In this document: one piece after another, positions 1 to 9,300 of the stretch
Position numbering within the stretch: the first letter of the stretch is position 1
Layout of the letters: every line of letters begins with the position of its first letter
Notes under the pieces: generated by a model
Told to the model about the DNA's origin: nothing
The model's input: the letters and a program-made list of their open reading frames with translations, nothing else
Database searches by the model: none
Position numbers and translations under genes: made by a program
Origin: a phage
Reading direction: 5' to 3' (one strand)
Length of the DNA: 64,000 bases
Sequence record: OZ335963.1

Positions 1-195
1 AAATGAACTATTTTCTAATGCAACATTCAACGCATTAATAGATGGAACGCTATGGTACTCATTAACATGAGATTTAATTAATTTGAATGTATTTTTAGCT
101 GGACCACTTTCAAAATATTCTGAATCCATATATGGCCAAACTTTTGAAAAATAAGCTTGATCAAATATGAGATGAGAAAGAATAATTTCTACCAC
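1..195 (-). CDS. 41: DNA helicase gp41, N-terminal 65 codons only (gene continues past window start)
   Basis: GTG start at 193-195 preceded by AAGGAG; translation VVEIILSHLIFDQAYFSKVWPYMDSEYFESGPAKN matches remembered T4 gp41 N-terminus; lies downstream of uvsX/40 as in T4. Confidence 0.7.
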   Translation of the reverse strand, partial: MVEIILSHLIFDQAYFSKVWPYMDSEYFESGPAKNTFKLIKSHVNEYHSVPSINALNVALENSSF

Positions 196-204
196 ACTTA
201 CTCC

Positions 205-567
205 TTAAAAGAATTTAAATTTTTTCTTTGACCTTTTATTAAATGCATCTTGTAGTTGCATTGTAATACATTTTTCTACATGAGGAGCTAACTCAGCTTT
301 TCTTTCTTGGTCAAGAACAGCAAAGTCCATTACAACTTTTCCATCAACCCAATCTAATTTTGTCACATACACAATGTGTGTAGAACCATCTTCTAATTTA
401 ATGACAATCTCCTGGATAACATTTTCCATGGCAGATTTAATTATCTTAAGAGATTCATTAAAAAGACGTTCTTTTCTTTCTTCTTCCCCCTCCGAAGAGG
501 GGGATTCATCGATAATTTCTAGATCTAAATCTAAATCATCTTTATTCATTAAATTCTTCCATATCAC
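205..567 (-). CDS. 40: gp40-like small acidic protein (head vertex assembly chaperone position)
   Basis: 120-aa ORF between uvsX and 41 as in T4; alternative start at 549 (MNKDD) overlaps uvsX stop in ATGA-like coupling. Confidence 0.6.
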   Translation of the reverse strand: MIWKNLMNKDDLDLDLEIIDESPSSEGEEERKERLFNESLKIIKSAMENVIQEIVIKLEDGSTHIVYVTKLDWVDGKVVMDFAVLDQERKAELAPHVEKCITMQLQDAFNKRSKKKFKFF

Positions 568-1723
568 TTAACTGATCTAGGTCAGTTTCTAAATCAGCTG
601 CTGATTTACTTTTACTTTCTGGAGATTTAAATTTTTCAACCTTTGAGTTAATCAATTCATCAACTTCAGCTTCAACAATTTCATTACTATCAATAGCACC
701 TAACTGATAAGCGCGTTTAATAGCATCTCGGAATGGCTGATGCTTAAATAAAGGACCCCAGAATGTAGTGCAGTTGGTATCTTTTGCACGCCAAGATTTT
801 TCTTCGCGAATCATCTCGCCGGTTTCTTCATCAAGAAATTCACGAGCATACCAGCCATTTTTAGGTTTTACCACAAATCCTAATTCAAGAGCCATATCTA
901 ACAATCCAGAATAAGGATCGATACCACCGTCAAATTTAACATCAATAAAGAATTTACTTTTTTCTTTAACGGTACGAGATTTTTCTACATTTAGAACAAA
1001 CTGATACCCCTGAAGATCTGAACCATCTTTAATCTGGCGCTTACCGATAATGAATACGGTATCAGCCGAATACATTACGCCTGTACCACCTGTCATCACA
1101 GTTTTACTAAACATTTCAATTGTTTCAATTGTATGGTTAACCGCAACGCATGGAATGTTTTTAATACTAAAATAAGGAGTAACAATACGGAATAATGACT
1201 TCAGTGATTTAGCACGAGTCATATCTGCCACAGATTTTTCATTCAAGGCATCTTCCGTTTCTTTCTTAGAAGCCATATTACCGATTGAGTCGATGAATAC
1301 AATAACTTTTTCACCGCGCTCAATAGCTTCAAGCTGATTCACCATATCAATTTTCAGCTGTTCAACTGACTGGATTGGTGTATGAATTACTCGTTCCGGG
1401 TCAACTCCCATGGATCGCAAATAAGCTGGAGTAATACCAAATTCGCTATCATAGAATAGACATACCGCGTCAGGATATTTGTTCAAATACGCCGCAACCA
1501 TAGTCAAAGACATATTTGATTTAAAGTGTTTAGAAGGACCTGCAAAAATGGTTAAACCAGACTGCATACCACCATCAATCGCACCAGAAATAGCGATATT
1601 AAGCATTGGGATTTTTGTACGGATTACATCCTTTTCATTAAAGAATTTAGATGTAGTCAGTTCAGCAGTCATTTTAGAAGTGGAAGCTTTAATCAAACGG
1701 GATTTTAAATCTGCAATAGACAT
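542..1723 (-). CDS. uvsX: UvsX RecA-like recombinase
   Basis: 393-aa product, near full-length match to remembered T4 UvsX (MSIADLKSRLIKAS...); RecA-type ATPase core. Confidence 0.95.
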   Translation of the reverse strand: MSIADLKSRLIKASTSKMTAELTTSKFFNEKDVIRTKIPMLNIAISGAIDGGMQSGLTIFAGPSKHFKSNMSLTMVAAYLNKYPDAVCLFYDSEFGITPAYLRSMGVDPERVIHTPIQSVEQLKIDMVNQLEAIERGEKVIVFIDSIGNMASKKETEDALNEKSVADMTRAKSLKSLFRIVTPYFSIKNIPCVAVNHTIETIEMFSKTVMTGGTGVMYSADTVFIIGKRQIKDGSDLQGYQFVLNVEKSRTVKEKSKFFIDVKFDGGIDPYSGLLDMALELGFVVKPKNGWYAREFLDEETGEMIREEKSWRAKDTNCTTFWGPLFKHQPFRDAIKRAYQLGAIDSNEIVEAEVDELINSKVEKFKSPESKSKSAADLETDLDQLSDMEEFNE

Positions 1724-1802
1724 TCATTTTTTCCATAGGCATCATTATATTTTCCTCACTGGTTAAAGATAGAGTAATTATAACACAAAATAAATTTAGG
1801 CA

Positions 1803-2651
1803 TTAATCAACTGCTATTGGATGAATAGCATTAAACTTATGAAATGCTTCTGATTTTTCTTTGCGCGAAACACACATGCGAAGAACCTTTAATGGCTCGT
1901 CTTCTTCACCCAACGATTTTCTCTTTTCAATATTCGATGTTTTCCAACGAGCTTGCTCTGGAAACTCTCTATTGATTTGCTCAAGAGCTCTATTATGTTT
2001 TGAATTACTACGAATTGAACTGCACCCGCCCGGAGCCTGTGCTTTTCCAGATACAACCAGATATTTGAACAAGGCCAAATGCGGATAACCTTGATTAATT
2101 AAATTGAGAAATGCATACATATCTTCGCATAAATCAATTTTTCCATACCCAATTTGTTCTGTTGTAAGTTTCCCAAGGTCATACCATGTATTCGTGAATC
2201 CATATGAATTTTCACGATAATTACCCCAAGATGAAGTAATTTTAAAAATAGGTAAACGAGCATGACCGTGATAATACCCGCAATCCATGGCATCTTCAAC
2301 GTATTGAATCAATTCATAGAACTGTTCACGAGTTAATTGATTAATTTTATCTACGCAGCGACGATCATCTTTCTTTCGCATTGAACTCATACGAATAGTA
2401 GTATCATCATCAATCATCCAAATTCGTTGACCTGCATACATATCAGTAATTGCTTTACGAGTACCAGCAATTCCGTTAACATCATCAGGAATAGTTATAA
2501 TTTTAGCTCTAGACCCGTAAGCGTCATAATAAGCTTTTTCTTCGTGTTCACGTACTACAATATGAGGTTCATAATCAGTCGGAAACATATCAAGGGCAGA
2601 AACTGCCCCTACGCGTTGATAGCTTGGAATTACGAATTGAATCATTTCCAT
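1803..2651 (-). CDS. putative GT-A fold glycosyltransferase occupying the beta-gt locus
   Basis: 282-aa ORF fills the uvsX-42 interval; FVIPSY...PDDVNGIAGTR...IWMIDDDT layout with DxD motif; no resemblance to remembered T4 beta-gt (351 aa). Confidence 0.5.
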   Translation of the reverse strand: MEMIQFVIPSYQRVGAVSALDMFPTDYEPHIVVREHEEKAYYDAYGSRAKIITIPDDVNGIAGTRKAITDMYAGQRIWMIDDDTTIRMSSMRKKDDRRCVDKINQLTREQFYELIQYVEDAMDCGYYHGHARLPIFKITSSWGNYRENSYGFTNTWYDLGKLTTEQIGYGKIDLCEDMYAFLNLINQGYPHLALFKYLVVSGKAQAPGGCSSIRSNSKHNRALEQINREFPEQARWKTSNIEKRKSLGEEDEPLKVLRMCVSRKEKSEAFHKFNAIHPIAVD

Positions 2652-3382
2652 TCACCGTTATAATCTTTTTTCGCAATATGAGTTTCGCCAGTTTTCCACC
2701 AATGGTCAACCAAATAAAAATGACGGGAATACACATGAAGGCTCCCGACATTCCATATAATGGAACCTGCTTTATACTGACGAGTTGAATCACCTGCATT
2801 CAAATCAGATACTAATTTATCTAGTACGTATTTTTGCCATGCATAATCATTACGGAATCCGAAGACTACGTCATTTGAACGCATGCTTACTACTGCATTG
2901 ACTTTCTTATCACGAATCAGGTACTGTACTGTATTCGTACACATGAAATCTGACATACCATCTTTATTGTAGTCAAACTGCATGGATGGACGAGTATAAA
3001 TCATGATACCACGTCGAGAATCAGGATTTTGACCAAGTTCAGCTAAACACATATCATACTGGGCATAGTTATCTTCTGACCAGATAGCCCAACCATAATT
3101 CGAGTTAATTTCGCCTTTAGAAGATGCTACCTGTTGCCAAATCTTCGGTGTTTCACCCGGAATATCTTTAACAAACAGACTTTGAGACTTATACCATTCA
3201 AGTTCACGTTGAATGTATTCATCATTAAGAGCGCCAAAAATAAAAGGTTCATCTGCTACAAATGATGCACCAATAATTTCAATAGTTTTAACACCAGTTT
3301 TATCAATTACGAAATCTTTTTCCTTTAATGCAAGACCCAAATCAAGACGGATTTCTTCAACTGTCATATAATCGTTAATCAT
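2642..3382 (-). CDS. 42: dCMP hydroxymethylase
   Basis: 246 aa, near-identical to remembered T4 gp42. Confidence 0.95.
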   Translation of the reverse strand: MINDYMTVEEIRLDLGLALKEKDFVIDKTGVKTIEIIGASFVADEPFIFGALNDEYIQRELEWYKSQSLFVKDIPGETPKIWQQVASSKGEINSNYGWAIWSEDNYAQYDMCLAELGQNPDSRRGIMIYTRPSMQFDYNKDGMSDFMCTNTVQYLIRDKKVNAVVSMRSNDVVFGFRNDYAWQKYVLDKLVSDLNAGDSTRQYKAGSIIWNVGSLHVYSRHFYLVDHWWKTGETHIAKKDYNGEWK

Positions 3383-3535
3383 TTAAACCTCAATTGATGC
3401 ATTCATATTTAACTTGTAACAGTAATAAACCCCAACCTATAATAAGTGTCGGAATCATACAAGGAACCGTTACGCTATAGTATATACTTATTATAATCAT
3501 CAAAATTAAAAGCAATACTGCTAAAATTTTGCTTT

Positions 3536-3787
3536 TCATTCCTTCTCTCTGATGATAATTACTTGGTTTTGCTGTGCAGATTTTTTAGTTTCACCCGCAA
3601 TTGACCAAATAAATGTAATAAACCAACCAATAATTGACCAATTAAACAGTAAAGATGTGAAAAAGATTCCTACTGTCGATTTTGACCCACGCATCAAGGC
3701 GATGAACCACGGAAGCATGTATATAATAATAGCCAACACGCCTGAAACTAAAACCATAAAAATTGAACCTGCTACTAAAGTTTCCAT
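3536..3787 (-). CDS. imm: Imm superinfection immunity membrane protein
   Basis: 83 aa, two hydrophobic helices, T4 position between 42 and 43. Confidence 0.85.
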   Translation of the reverse strand: METLVAGSIFMVLVSGVLAIIIYMLPWFIALMRGSKSTVGIFFTSLLFNWSIIGWFITFIWSIAGETKKSAQQNQVIIIREKE

Positions 3788-3794
3788 GTTTTCC

Positions 3795-4175
3795 TCACTT
3801 AGTCAAATTTTTTACACATGAATTATAAGAATTCACTACATACTCCATTGGAGCATTTTTACCAGTACGCCATTGGTAATTATTAGCCCAATTAGCCCAA
3901 AGTTCGGCGCAGTAGTTTTCAATTTTTTCTTCGCGTGTAATTACATCTGAATTACGATATGCTTGAGCAGATTCATCTGGACGAATAGCTTCGTCAAAAT
4001 TCGCCTGCATTTGTTCTACTGTCTGTTTTGGAGCTTCTTTATAACACTTGACGTTAGGATTATAAAATTTGCTTGAACAGTTTACAATTTTTCCTACATC
4101 AGATTGATTTACTACTGGTCCTTGAGCTACACAACCAGTAAGACCTAATGCAATAACCAAAATAGCGATTTTCAT
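3795..4175 (-). CDS. predicted lipoprotein (imm.1 position)
   Basis: Start taken at internal Met MKIAILVIALGLTGC (signal peptide plus lipobox cysteine); the longer 189-aa ORF reads through the upstream early promoter. Confidence 0.5.
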   Translation of the reverse strand: MKIAILVIALGLTGCVAQGPVVNQSDVGKIVNCSSKFYNPNVKCYKEAPKQTVEQMQANFDEAIRPDESAQAYRNSDVITREEKIENYCAELWANWANNYQWRTGKNAPMEYVVNSYNSCVKNLTK

Positions 4176-4199
4176 TTCATTCTCCAAATTTGTATTGGT

Positions 4200-4262
4200 T
4201 GATAGTTGTATAGTACCACAGAGGAACAGTCTTGTAAACAGTTTTGTGAAAAAATTTTTAAT
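4200..4262 (-). promoter_or_regulatory. T4-type early promoter (UP element, GTTTAC -35, extended -10)
   Basis: Minus-strand reading AAAAATTTTTTCACAAAACTGTTTACAAGACTGTTCCTCTGTGGTACTATAC; about 60-bp module repeated at 31441 and 46308. Confidence 0.7.
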
Positions 4263-4322
4263 GAATTTAAAGGACCTAGAATCATCTATTTTTCCTAAGT
4301 ATAGATTTATATTACTTGTATG

Positions 4323-4343
4323 AAAAAGGGACCCGGAGGTCCC
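4323..4343 (-). terminator. rho-independent terminator after gene 43
   Basis: GGGACC-TCCG-GGTCCC stem-loop followed by U5 on the minus-strand transcript, directly after the gp43 stop. Confidence 0.7.
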
Positions 4344-4356
4344 TAGATTTATTCTA

Positions 4357-7053
4357 TCAGCCAAACAGGAAGTCTAACGAAGCTTTTTCCTCATAGTCCA
4401 TACCTGCTGATTCACACATGCCAGCAAGCGGTTTAACAAACGATTTTTGGAACAAAGTTGAGTAGTCAATCCAAGACAGTACATCAGAACGAATTTCTTT
4501 TGGAAGTTCTGTACCTGATGGCCAAGCAATGCACTTGTCACCAAATGGATTTCCTTCACGTAATGGAAGAACCATTACCTTATTTCCATCCAAAATTGGA
4601 GCTACACCTAAACCGTTAACAGCTCGACGATAAGTTAGCACACCACGAATATGGAATGGACATTTAAATCCTGGCCAGCCTTTATCATCATATTTCGCTA
4701 TATCGTTCGCAGTTTTTACTTCAGCAATAACTTTATAATCAAGTTGACGATATTCTTTCTCAAAGTTCTTGTAATATTCTTGGACGGACTCTTCGCCTTC
4801 CTGAAGAATACGACGAATACTTTCTTCGAGAGCTTCTTGTACTGCTTTTGGTGTTGAACTCTGCTGAGTTTCCATACCCATGATTTTTAGATGCGGTTCA
4901 GCAAATCGCTTATCTTCCATATCATAAACGTTCAGAGCATAACGTTTTTTCGCTTTCCAAAATCCACCAACACCCTTTGAACCAAGTGGAGGGCAAGAAA
5001 TAGCTTCACGGTCCATATGCATCAGATGCTCGCGGTTATTCATATAATCACATAACTCACGATATGCAACATCAATCATAGGTTCCATCTTTTTCTTACC
5101 AAACTGATTCATGAATTCAACTAAATCATTTTGTTCTTTAAAGCGGTCAAGACCTACTTTTTCAATAACTTTATCTACACAAACGTATACCGAATCAGTA
5201 TCACCTGCTGCGATGAAATCTTCACCATTAGTTCCACACACTTTGTTTAGATACTCATTAATTTTACGAGCAATCCACTGAATACCGACTTGACCGAAAA
5301 TTGTGATAGCAGTAGCATTTCGCAAATCATAGTAGCGGAAATGAATATTACCAAGAGCACCATAAAGACTGTTAATAAGAATTTTACGGTTCAGCTGATT
5401 TGTGTTAGCGAGTGTAGCTGCTTTTTCGCATTCTTCGATCAGACTATTAAGAACAGATTCGGTGTAATTCGATAATTCGTTTAAGAAATCATCACTGAAC
5501 TTAACATATCGTTCAACTTCTGGTTTAGTTGAGCAAGACCCTGCGCCTTTCATAATAATCTTTTTAATAGCTTCGGCATTCATTTCTTCCGCGAACATTT
5601 TCTTTTTCCAATCTTTACGCTGGAAAAATACTTTAGCGATTTCCTTTGGAATGATACCTTCTTGGTGCTTATCATACATCCATCCATTCGGAGAACAAGA
5701 ATATTCATCACTTGGCTTAGGAGCTGTTCCTGCGATATATTCATGAATTGGATGAACTTTAAACTGCCCGCGAATAGTCTCAGGACTAATGTTAACCTGA
5801 CGAATAATGCTAGGATACAGAGACGTCAAGTCAAAACTCATAATGTATCGACGAGCAATCGGTTTAGGTTCAAACACAAATGCACCTGGAAAACTCTGTT
5901 TAACGTGCGAACCTTGTTGAGGAATAACCTTATGTTCACCTTTCAGTGAGTTAAAAATAATAGCATCCCAAGTTTTAATAGGACTCATTACACCAGAAAA
6001 AGGCATTTTAGCGTAATAAGACATACTTAAAACTAGATCGATAAACCCACGAATTTTATCAATTGCTTGAACTGATTCTACGTCAATGATGTTATAACTA
6101 ATGTATCGTTGATGATTAGTCTCACGAAGTTTATTAATAGGACCATCGTACGGCAATTTACCTTTTTTGGTTTCATGTTGAGCAACTGATTCCAAAGAGA
6201 ACGATGGCAAATTAGTAAATGCGAATTTCTTGTATAAATCTAAATAATCAAGAATAGATACGCCATCAATAGAATAAATTTCTTTGCTACCGTACATATT
6301 TTGAATTAGTTTAGATTTTACTCGACCGATTGGAGAGAAGCGTTTCATACTACGTTCACCGAGAACCATTTTAACGCGATTCATGATATACGGAACGTCA
6401 AATCCCTCAATATTCCAACCGGTAAAAATAGCAGGTCGTTTCTGTTCCCAGAGATTAATATATTCCATGAGCATATCACGCTCATTATCAAATGGCATAT
6501 AAATTACTCGGTCAAGAATTTCTTGAGGAACTTCATCACCACCTTCACAGTCAAGCTTAGCAGCTAACTTTGCATCCCATTTTGATACTGAACCGTACAT
6601 TGAATTCAATAAATCAAAGACGTAAAAACGATCGTCAATTGAATCATAATGAGTGATAGCATCAATTTCATATTCTGCTTTCATTGGGTCAGGAAATTTA
6701 TCGCCAGTAACCTCAATGTCACAGTTAGCTACACGAACAAATTTTCGGTCATAAACAATTTCTGAACCATATGTATCACTGATATAAGCGAGTTTAAAAT
6801 CGTTCATACCGAGAGCTTCGAGACCGATGTCTTCCATTCGCTTCATCCAGTCTCGCGCATCTTTCATTGATGGAAATTTTTGAGGAGCGCAATTTTTACC
6901 ATAAATGTCTTTGTATTTTGACTCTTCCTTACAATGCCTAAACATAGTCGGAAGATATTCTACTTCGCGAGTACGTTCCTTTCCGTTTTCATCAATATAA
7001 CGCTCAACAATATTATTTCCGACTGTTTCGATAGAGATATAAAATTCTTTCAT
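4357..7053 (-). CDS. 43: DNA polymerase gp43 (family B)
   Basis: 898 aa, matches remembered T4 gp43 end to end (exonuclease and polymerase motifs). Confidence 0.97.
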   Translation of the reverse strand: MKEFYISIETVGNNIVERYIDENGKERTREVEYLPTMFRHCKEESKYKDIYGKNCAPQKFPSMKDARDWMKRMEDIGLEALGMNDFKLAYISDTYGSEIVYDRKFVRVANCDIEVTGDKFPDPMKAEYEIDAITHYDSIDDRFYVFDLLNSMYGSVSKWDAKLAAKLDCEGGDEVPQEILDRVIYMPFDNERDMLMEYINLWEQKRPAIFTGWNIEGFDVPYIMNRVKMVLGERSMKRFSPIGRVKSKLIQNMYGSKEIYSIDGVSILDYLDLYKKFAFTNLPSFSLESVAQHETKKGKLPYDGPINKLRETNHQRYISYNIIDVESVQAIDKIRGFIDLVLSMSYYAKMPFSGVMSPIKTWDAIIFNSLKGEHKVIPQQGSHVKQSFPGAFVFEPKPIARRYIMSFDLTSLYPSIIRQVNISPETIRGQFKVHPIHEYIAGTAPKPSDEYSCSPNGWMYDKHQEGIIPKEIAKVFFQRKDWKKKMFAEEMNAEAIKKIIMKGAGSCSTKPEVERYVKFSDDFLNELSNYTESVLNSLIEECEKAATLANTNQLNRKILINSLYGALGNIHFRYYDLRNATAITIFGQVGIQWIARKINEYLNKVCGTNGEDFIAAGDTDSVYVCVDKVIEKVGLDRFKEQNDLVEFMNQFGKKKMEPMIDVAYRELCDYMNNREHLMHMDREAISCPPLGSKGVGGFWKAKKRYALNVYDMEDKRFAEPHLKIMGMETQQSSTPKAVQEALEESIRRILQEGEESVQEYYKNFEKEYRQLDYKVIAEVKTANDIAKYDDKGWPGFKCPFHIRGVLTYRRAVNGLGVAPILDGNKVMVLPLREGNPFGDKCIAWPSGTELPKEIRSDVLSWIDYSTLFQKSFVKPLAGMCESAGMDYEEKASLDFLFG

Positions 7054-7090
7054 AGATATTCCTTAGTTTATAGCCCGAGTTATTAGGCTC
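7054..7090 (-). promoter_or_regulatory. gene 43 translational operator (hairpin plus Shine-Dalgarno)
   Basis: mRNA reads GAGCCUAAUAACUCGGGCUAUAAACUAAGGAAUAUCUAUG, the classic gp43 autogenous operator hairpin. Confidence 0.8.
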
Positions 7091-7111
7091 TTGATATATT
7101 ATACTCCAAAT

Positions 7112-7129
7112 AAGGGGCCGAAGCCCCTT
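7112..7129 (-). other. C(UUCG)G tetraloop hairpin (GGGGC-UUCG-GCCCC) on the early transcript
   Basis: Palindrome aaggggccgaagcccctt; minus-strand RNA loop is UUCG. Confidence 0.7.
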
Positions 7130-7131
7130 GC

Positions 7132-7365
7132 TTAAATTAATACCAGTTGTCGGTGAAAAATTGTTAATCCATCTGCATTAATTGACTTAACCACTGCGGT
7201 AAAGTGTTTTTGTTCTGGGTGAACTAATTTTTGAAATTCTACCTGAAATTTTAGTTGGAGGTTTTCTGGTAAATCAAAAAGTGTTTCTGTTGCAGAAAGA
7301 TTATATTTTTCTTTAAGGGACGCCATGTATTCTTGCGGAGTTATAGCAGTCATATTAATTACCAA
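7132..7365 (-). CDS. hypothetical protein, 77 aa, between regA and gene 43
   Basis: ORF start overlaps regA stop; I cannot place it as a T4 gene. Confidence 0.45.
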   Translation of the reverse strand: MVINMTAITPQEYMASLKEKYNLSATETLFDLPENLQLKFQVEFQKLVHPEQKHFTAVVKSINADGLTIFHRQLVLI

Positions 7366-7723
7366 TCGTATATTTAGGAACGAGTTTCCATTCGTGTTTT
7401 TGTTTAAAAGAAATAACTCGGAAGTTATTGGTTAAATCTTTCATAAAAGTTCTTTGACCAGGAACGATTTCAATCAGCCCCCAATCTTCTAACAGCCACG
7501 CAATCGAATCACGACGAACTTCATCTTCTTCTGTCATTTCAACCTGACGGCCATCCATACGAAGCATTTCTTTAAAATGAACGATATAGTATAGTCCTTT
7601 TTTCTGAAGAATATGACAGGACTGATACAGAACTTTATCTTTATTATTAGCAATTCCCATACGAGTCAAGGTTTCTTTTACTTTCAGAAAATCTTCAGGT
7701 TTTTTAAGAGTAATTTCAATCAT
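7355..7723 (-). CDS. regA: RegA translational repressor
   Basis: 122 aa, matches remembered T4 RegA. Confidence 0.93.
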   Translation of the reverse strand: MIEITLKKPEDFLKVKETLTRMGIANNKDKVLYQSCHILQKKGLYYIVHFKEMLRMDGRQVEMTEEDEVRRDSIAWLLEDWGLIEIVPGQRTFMKDLTNNFRVISFKQKHEWKLVPKYTIGN

Positions 7724-7724
7724 T

Positions 7725-8288
7725 TTACCATTCCAATGCTAGTTTTTTGAGTTGTTTCTGTTCTTTTACGTTCTTAGTCACTTCTTTTAAAAAATCATCC
7801 GTGACTAAACCTTTTAGTTCTTTTAATACTAAAGGAAGTTTTCCATTTTTAGTAAGAATTGATTTATAGTTAATTGCATCATTTGTATTAACTTGATACC
7901 GCTTAGCAAGTAACTTAATAATCAATACTTCAGTAGAATCTTCGACCAGTTTTGCCCATTTACCATATCTTTTACCACGAGGAACAGCAGCCATCAGATA
8001 ATTAAAATGGGCTTCATCGCTTAAACCTGATCCAATTAAATTCATAGCATATACAGCTGGCATGCATTCAGGAAATTGTGATAATGCATTCTCAACCATG
8101 TATTTTGAATAATCTTTTTGAGCAATAGAGCATTTAGTTTTATTATTAATAGCTCCAATTATTTCAAAAAATTCATTTTCAGCTTTTTCCTTAAAAGAAT
8201 CAGCAGCAGATTGGACAGCTGTCCAATCTTTTGAATACCAAGCAACTTGATGCTCGTTTAATTGAATATCATCTTCAAATAAGCTCAT
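7725..8288 (-). CDS. 62: clamp loader small subunit gp62
   Basis: 187 aa, T4 position and length. Confidence 0.9.
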   Translation of the reverse strand: MSLFEDDIQLNEHQVAWYSKDWTAVQSAADSFKEKAENEFFEIIGAINNKTKCSIAQKDYSKYMVENALSQFPECMPAVYAMNLIGSGLSDEAHFNYLMAAVPRGKRYGKWAKLVEDSTEVLIIKLLAKRYQVNTNDAINYKSILTKNGKLPLVLKELKGLVTDDFLKEVTKNVKEQKQLKKLALEW

Positions 8289-8289
8289 A

Positions 8290-9249
8290 TCACTTCCACT
8301 GCATTTCGCATGCCAATTGAATGAAAAGATATGCTAAATGTAATTCCGTATTAGCCGCAATTCCATGATACTGGTTATTTTCACCAACAATTTCATACAT
8401 ACGAATAATACTTTGCGGAGTTACGCGTGTATAGATTTCTTCGGCAAGTTTACCTACGAACCACGAATAATCAGCTGCATATTTTGGCGCTAAAGCTCTG
8501 AGCTGTTTAACATCTTTATTTTTGAGAGATTCAAGAACATCATCAATAGCACCACGATCGTTAGTAACCAGTGATAAAATACCAGCATCCAAAACACCTT
8601 TAGATGAATAACTATCGAGCTCGCCAATAGTTTTACGAAAATCAGGAAAATTCTTTTTAACCAAAGCTGCTACAACTTTCATATCAGCTATAGCAATTCC
8701 TTCATGCTTGCAGATTTCAGTCAATCGACGAATCATCTGCTTCATCATTTCAATTTTATCTTCATCAGTCGGTTGACCGAACGTAATAACTCGGCAGCGT
8801 GACTGAAGCGGTTTAATAATACCATCAATATTGTTAGCAGTAATAATAATACTACAGTTTGAACTATAAGCTTCCATAAAGGAACGAAGATGCCGCTGAG
8901 ACTCTGCTAACCCTGAACGGTCAAATTCATCAATAACGATTACTTTTTGACGACCATCAAATGAAGCTGCGCTAGCAAAATTAGTCAAAGGACCACGAAC
9001 GAAATCAATTTTACAATCTGACCCATTTACAAACATCATATCAGCATTTACATCATGACACAATGCTTTTGCTACAGTTGTTTTACCTGTTCCTGGAGAA
9101 GGAGAATGAAGAATAATATGTGGAATCTTACCTTTACTTGTAATAGATTTAAAGGTTTCTTTATCAAAGGCGGGAAGAATACATTCATCGATAGTAGATG
9201 GACGATATTTCTGTTCAAGAATGTGTTCTTTTTCATTTACAGTAATCAT
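8290..9249 (-). CDS. 44: clamp loader ATPase gp44
   Basis: Start at [17 protein letters not shown] with GAGGA Shine-Dalgarno; Walker A GTGKTT; 319 aa. Confidence 0.93.
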   Translation of the reverse strand: MITVNEKEHILEQKYRPSTIDECILPAFDKETFKSITSKGKIPHIILHSPSPGTGKTTVAKALCHDVNADMMFVNGSDCKIDFVRGPLTNFASAASFDGRQKVIVIDEFDRSGLAESQRHLRSFMEAYSSNCSIIITANNIDGIIKPLQSRCRVITFGQPTDEDKIEMMKQMIRRLTEICKHEGIAIADMKVVAALVKKNFPDFRKTIGELDSYSSKGVLDAGILSLVTNDRGAIDDVLESLKNKDVKQLRALAPKYAADYSWFVGKLAEEIYTRVTPQSIIRMYEIVGENNQYHGIAANTELHLAYLFIQLACEMQWK

Positions 9250-9281
9250 AATTTCCTCATTCAAGTTTTAGTGTAAATTAT

Positions 9282-9299
9282 AAAGGGCCGAAGCCCTTT
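9282..9299 (-). other. C(UUCG)G hairpin between genes 45 and 44
   Basis: aaagggccgaagcccttt; same element recurs at 13992 and 17632. Confidence 0.7.
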
Positions 9300-9300
9300 A

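Noticed and set aside
374-571. Short plus-strand ORFs throughout the early region (for example 374-571, 1479-1766, 9310-9726)
   Set aside because: All are antisense to well-supported minus-strand genes with strong homology and lack start signals.
3795-4364. 189-aa ORF as listed in the track
   Set aside because: Its N-terminal 63 codons are the in-frame translation of the early promoter module; the real gene most likely starts at the internal Met with a lipoprotein signal (4175). The same artefact affects 31268-31585 and 46012-46329.
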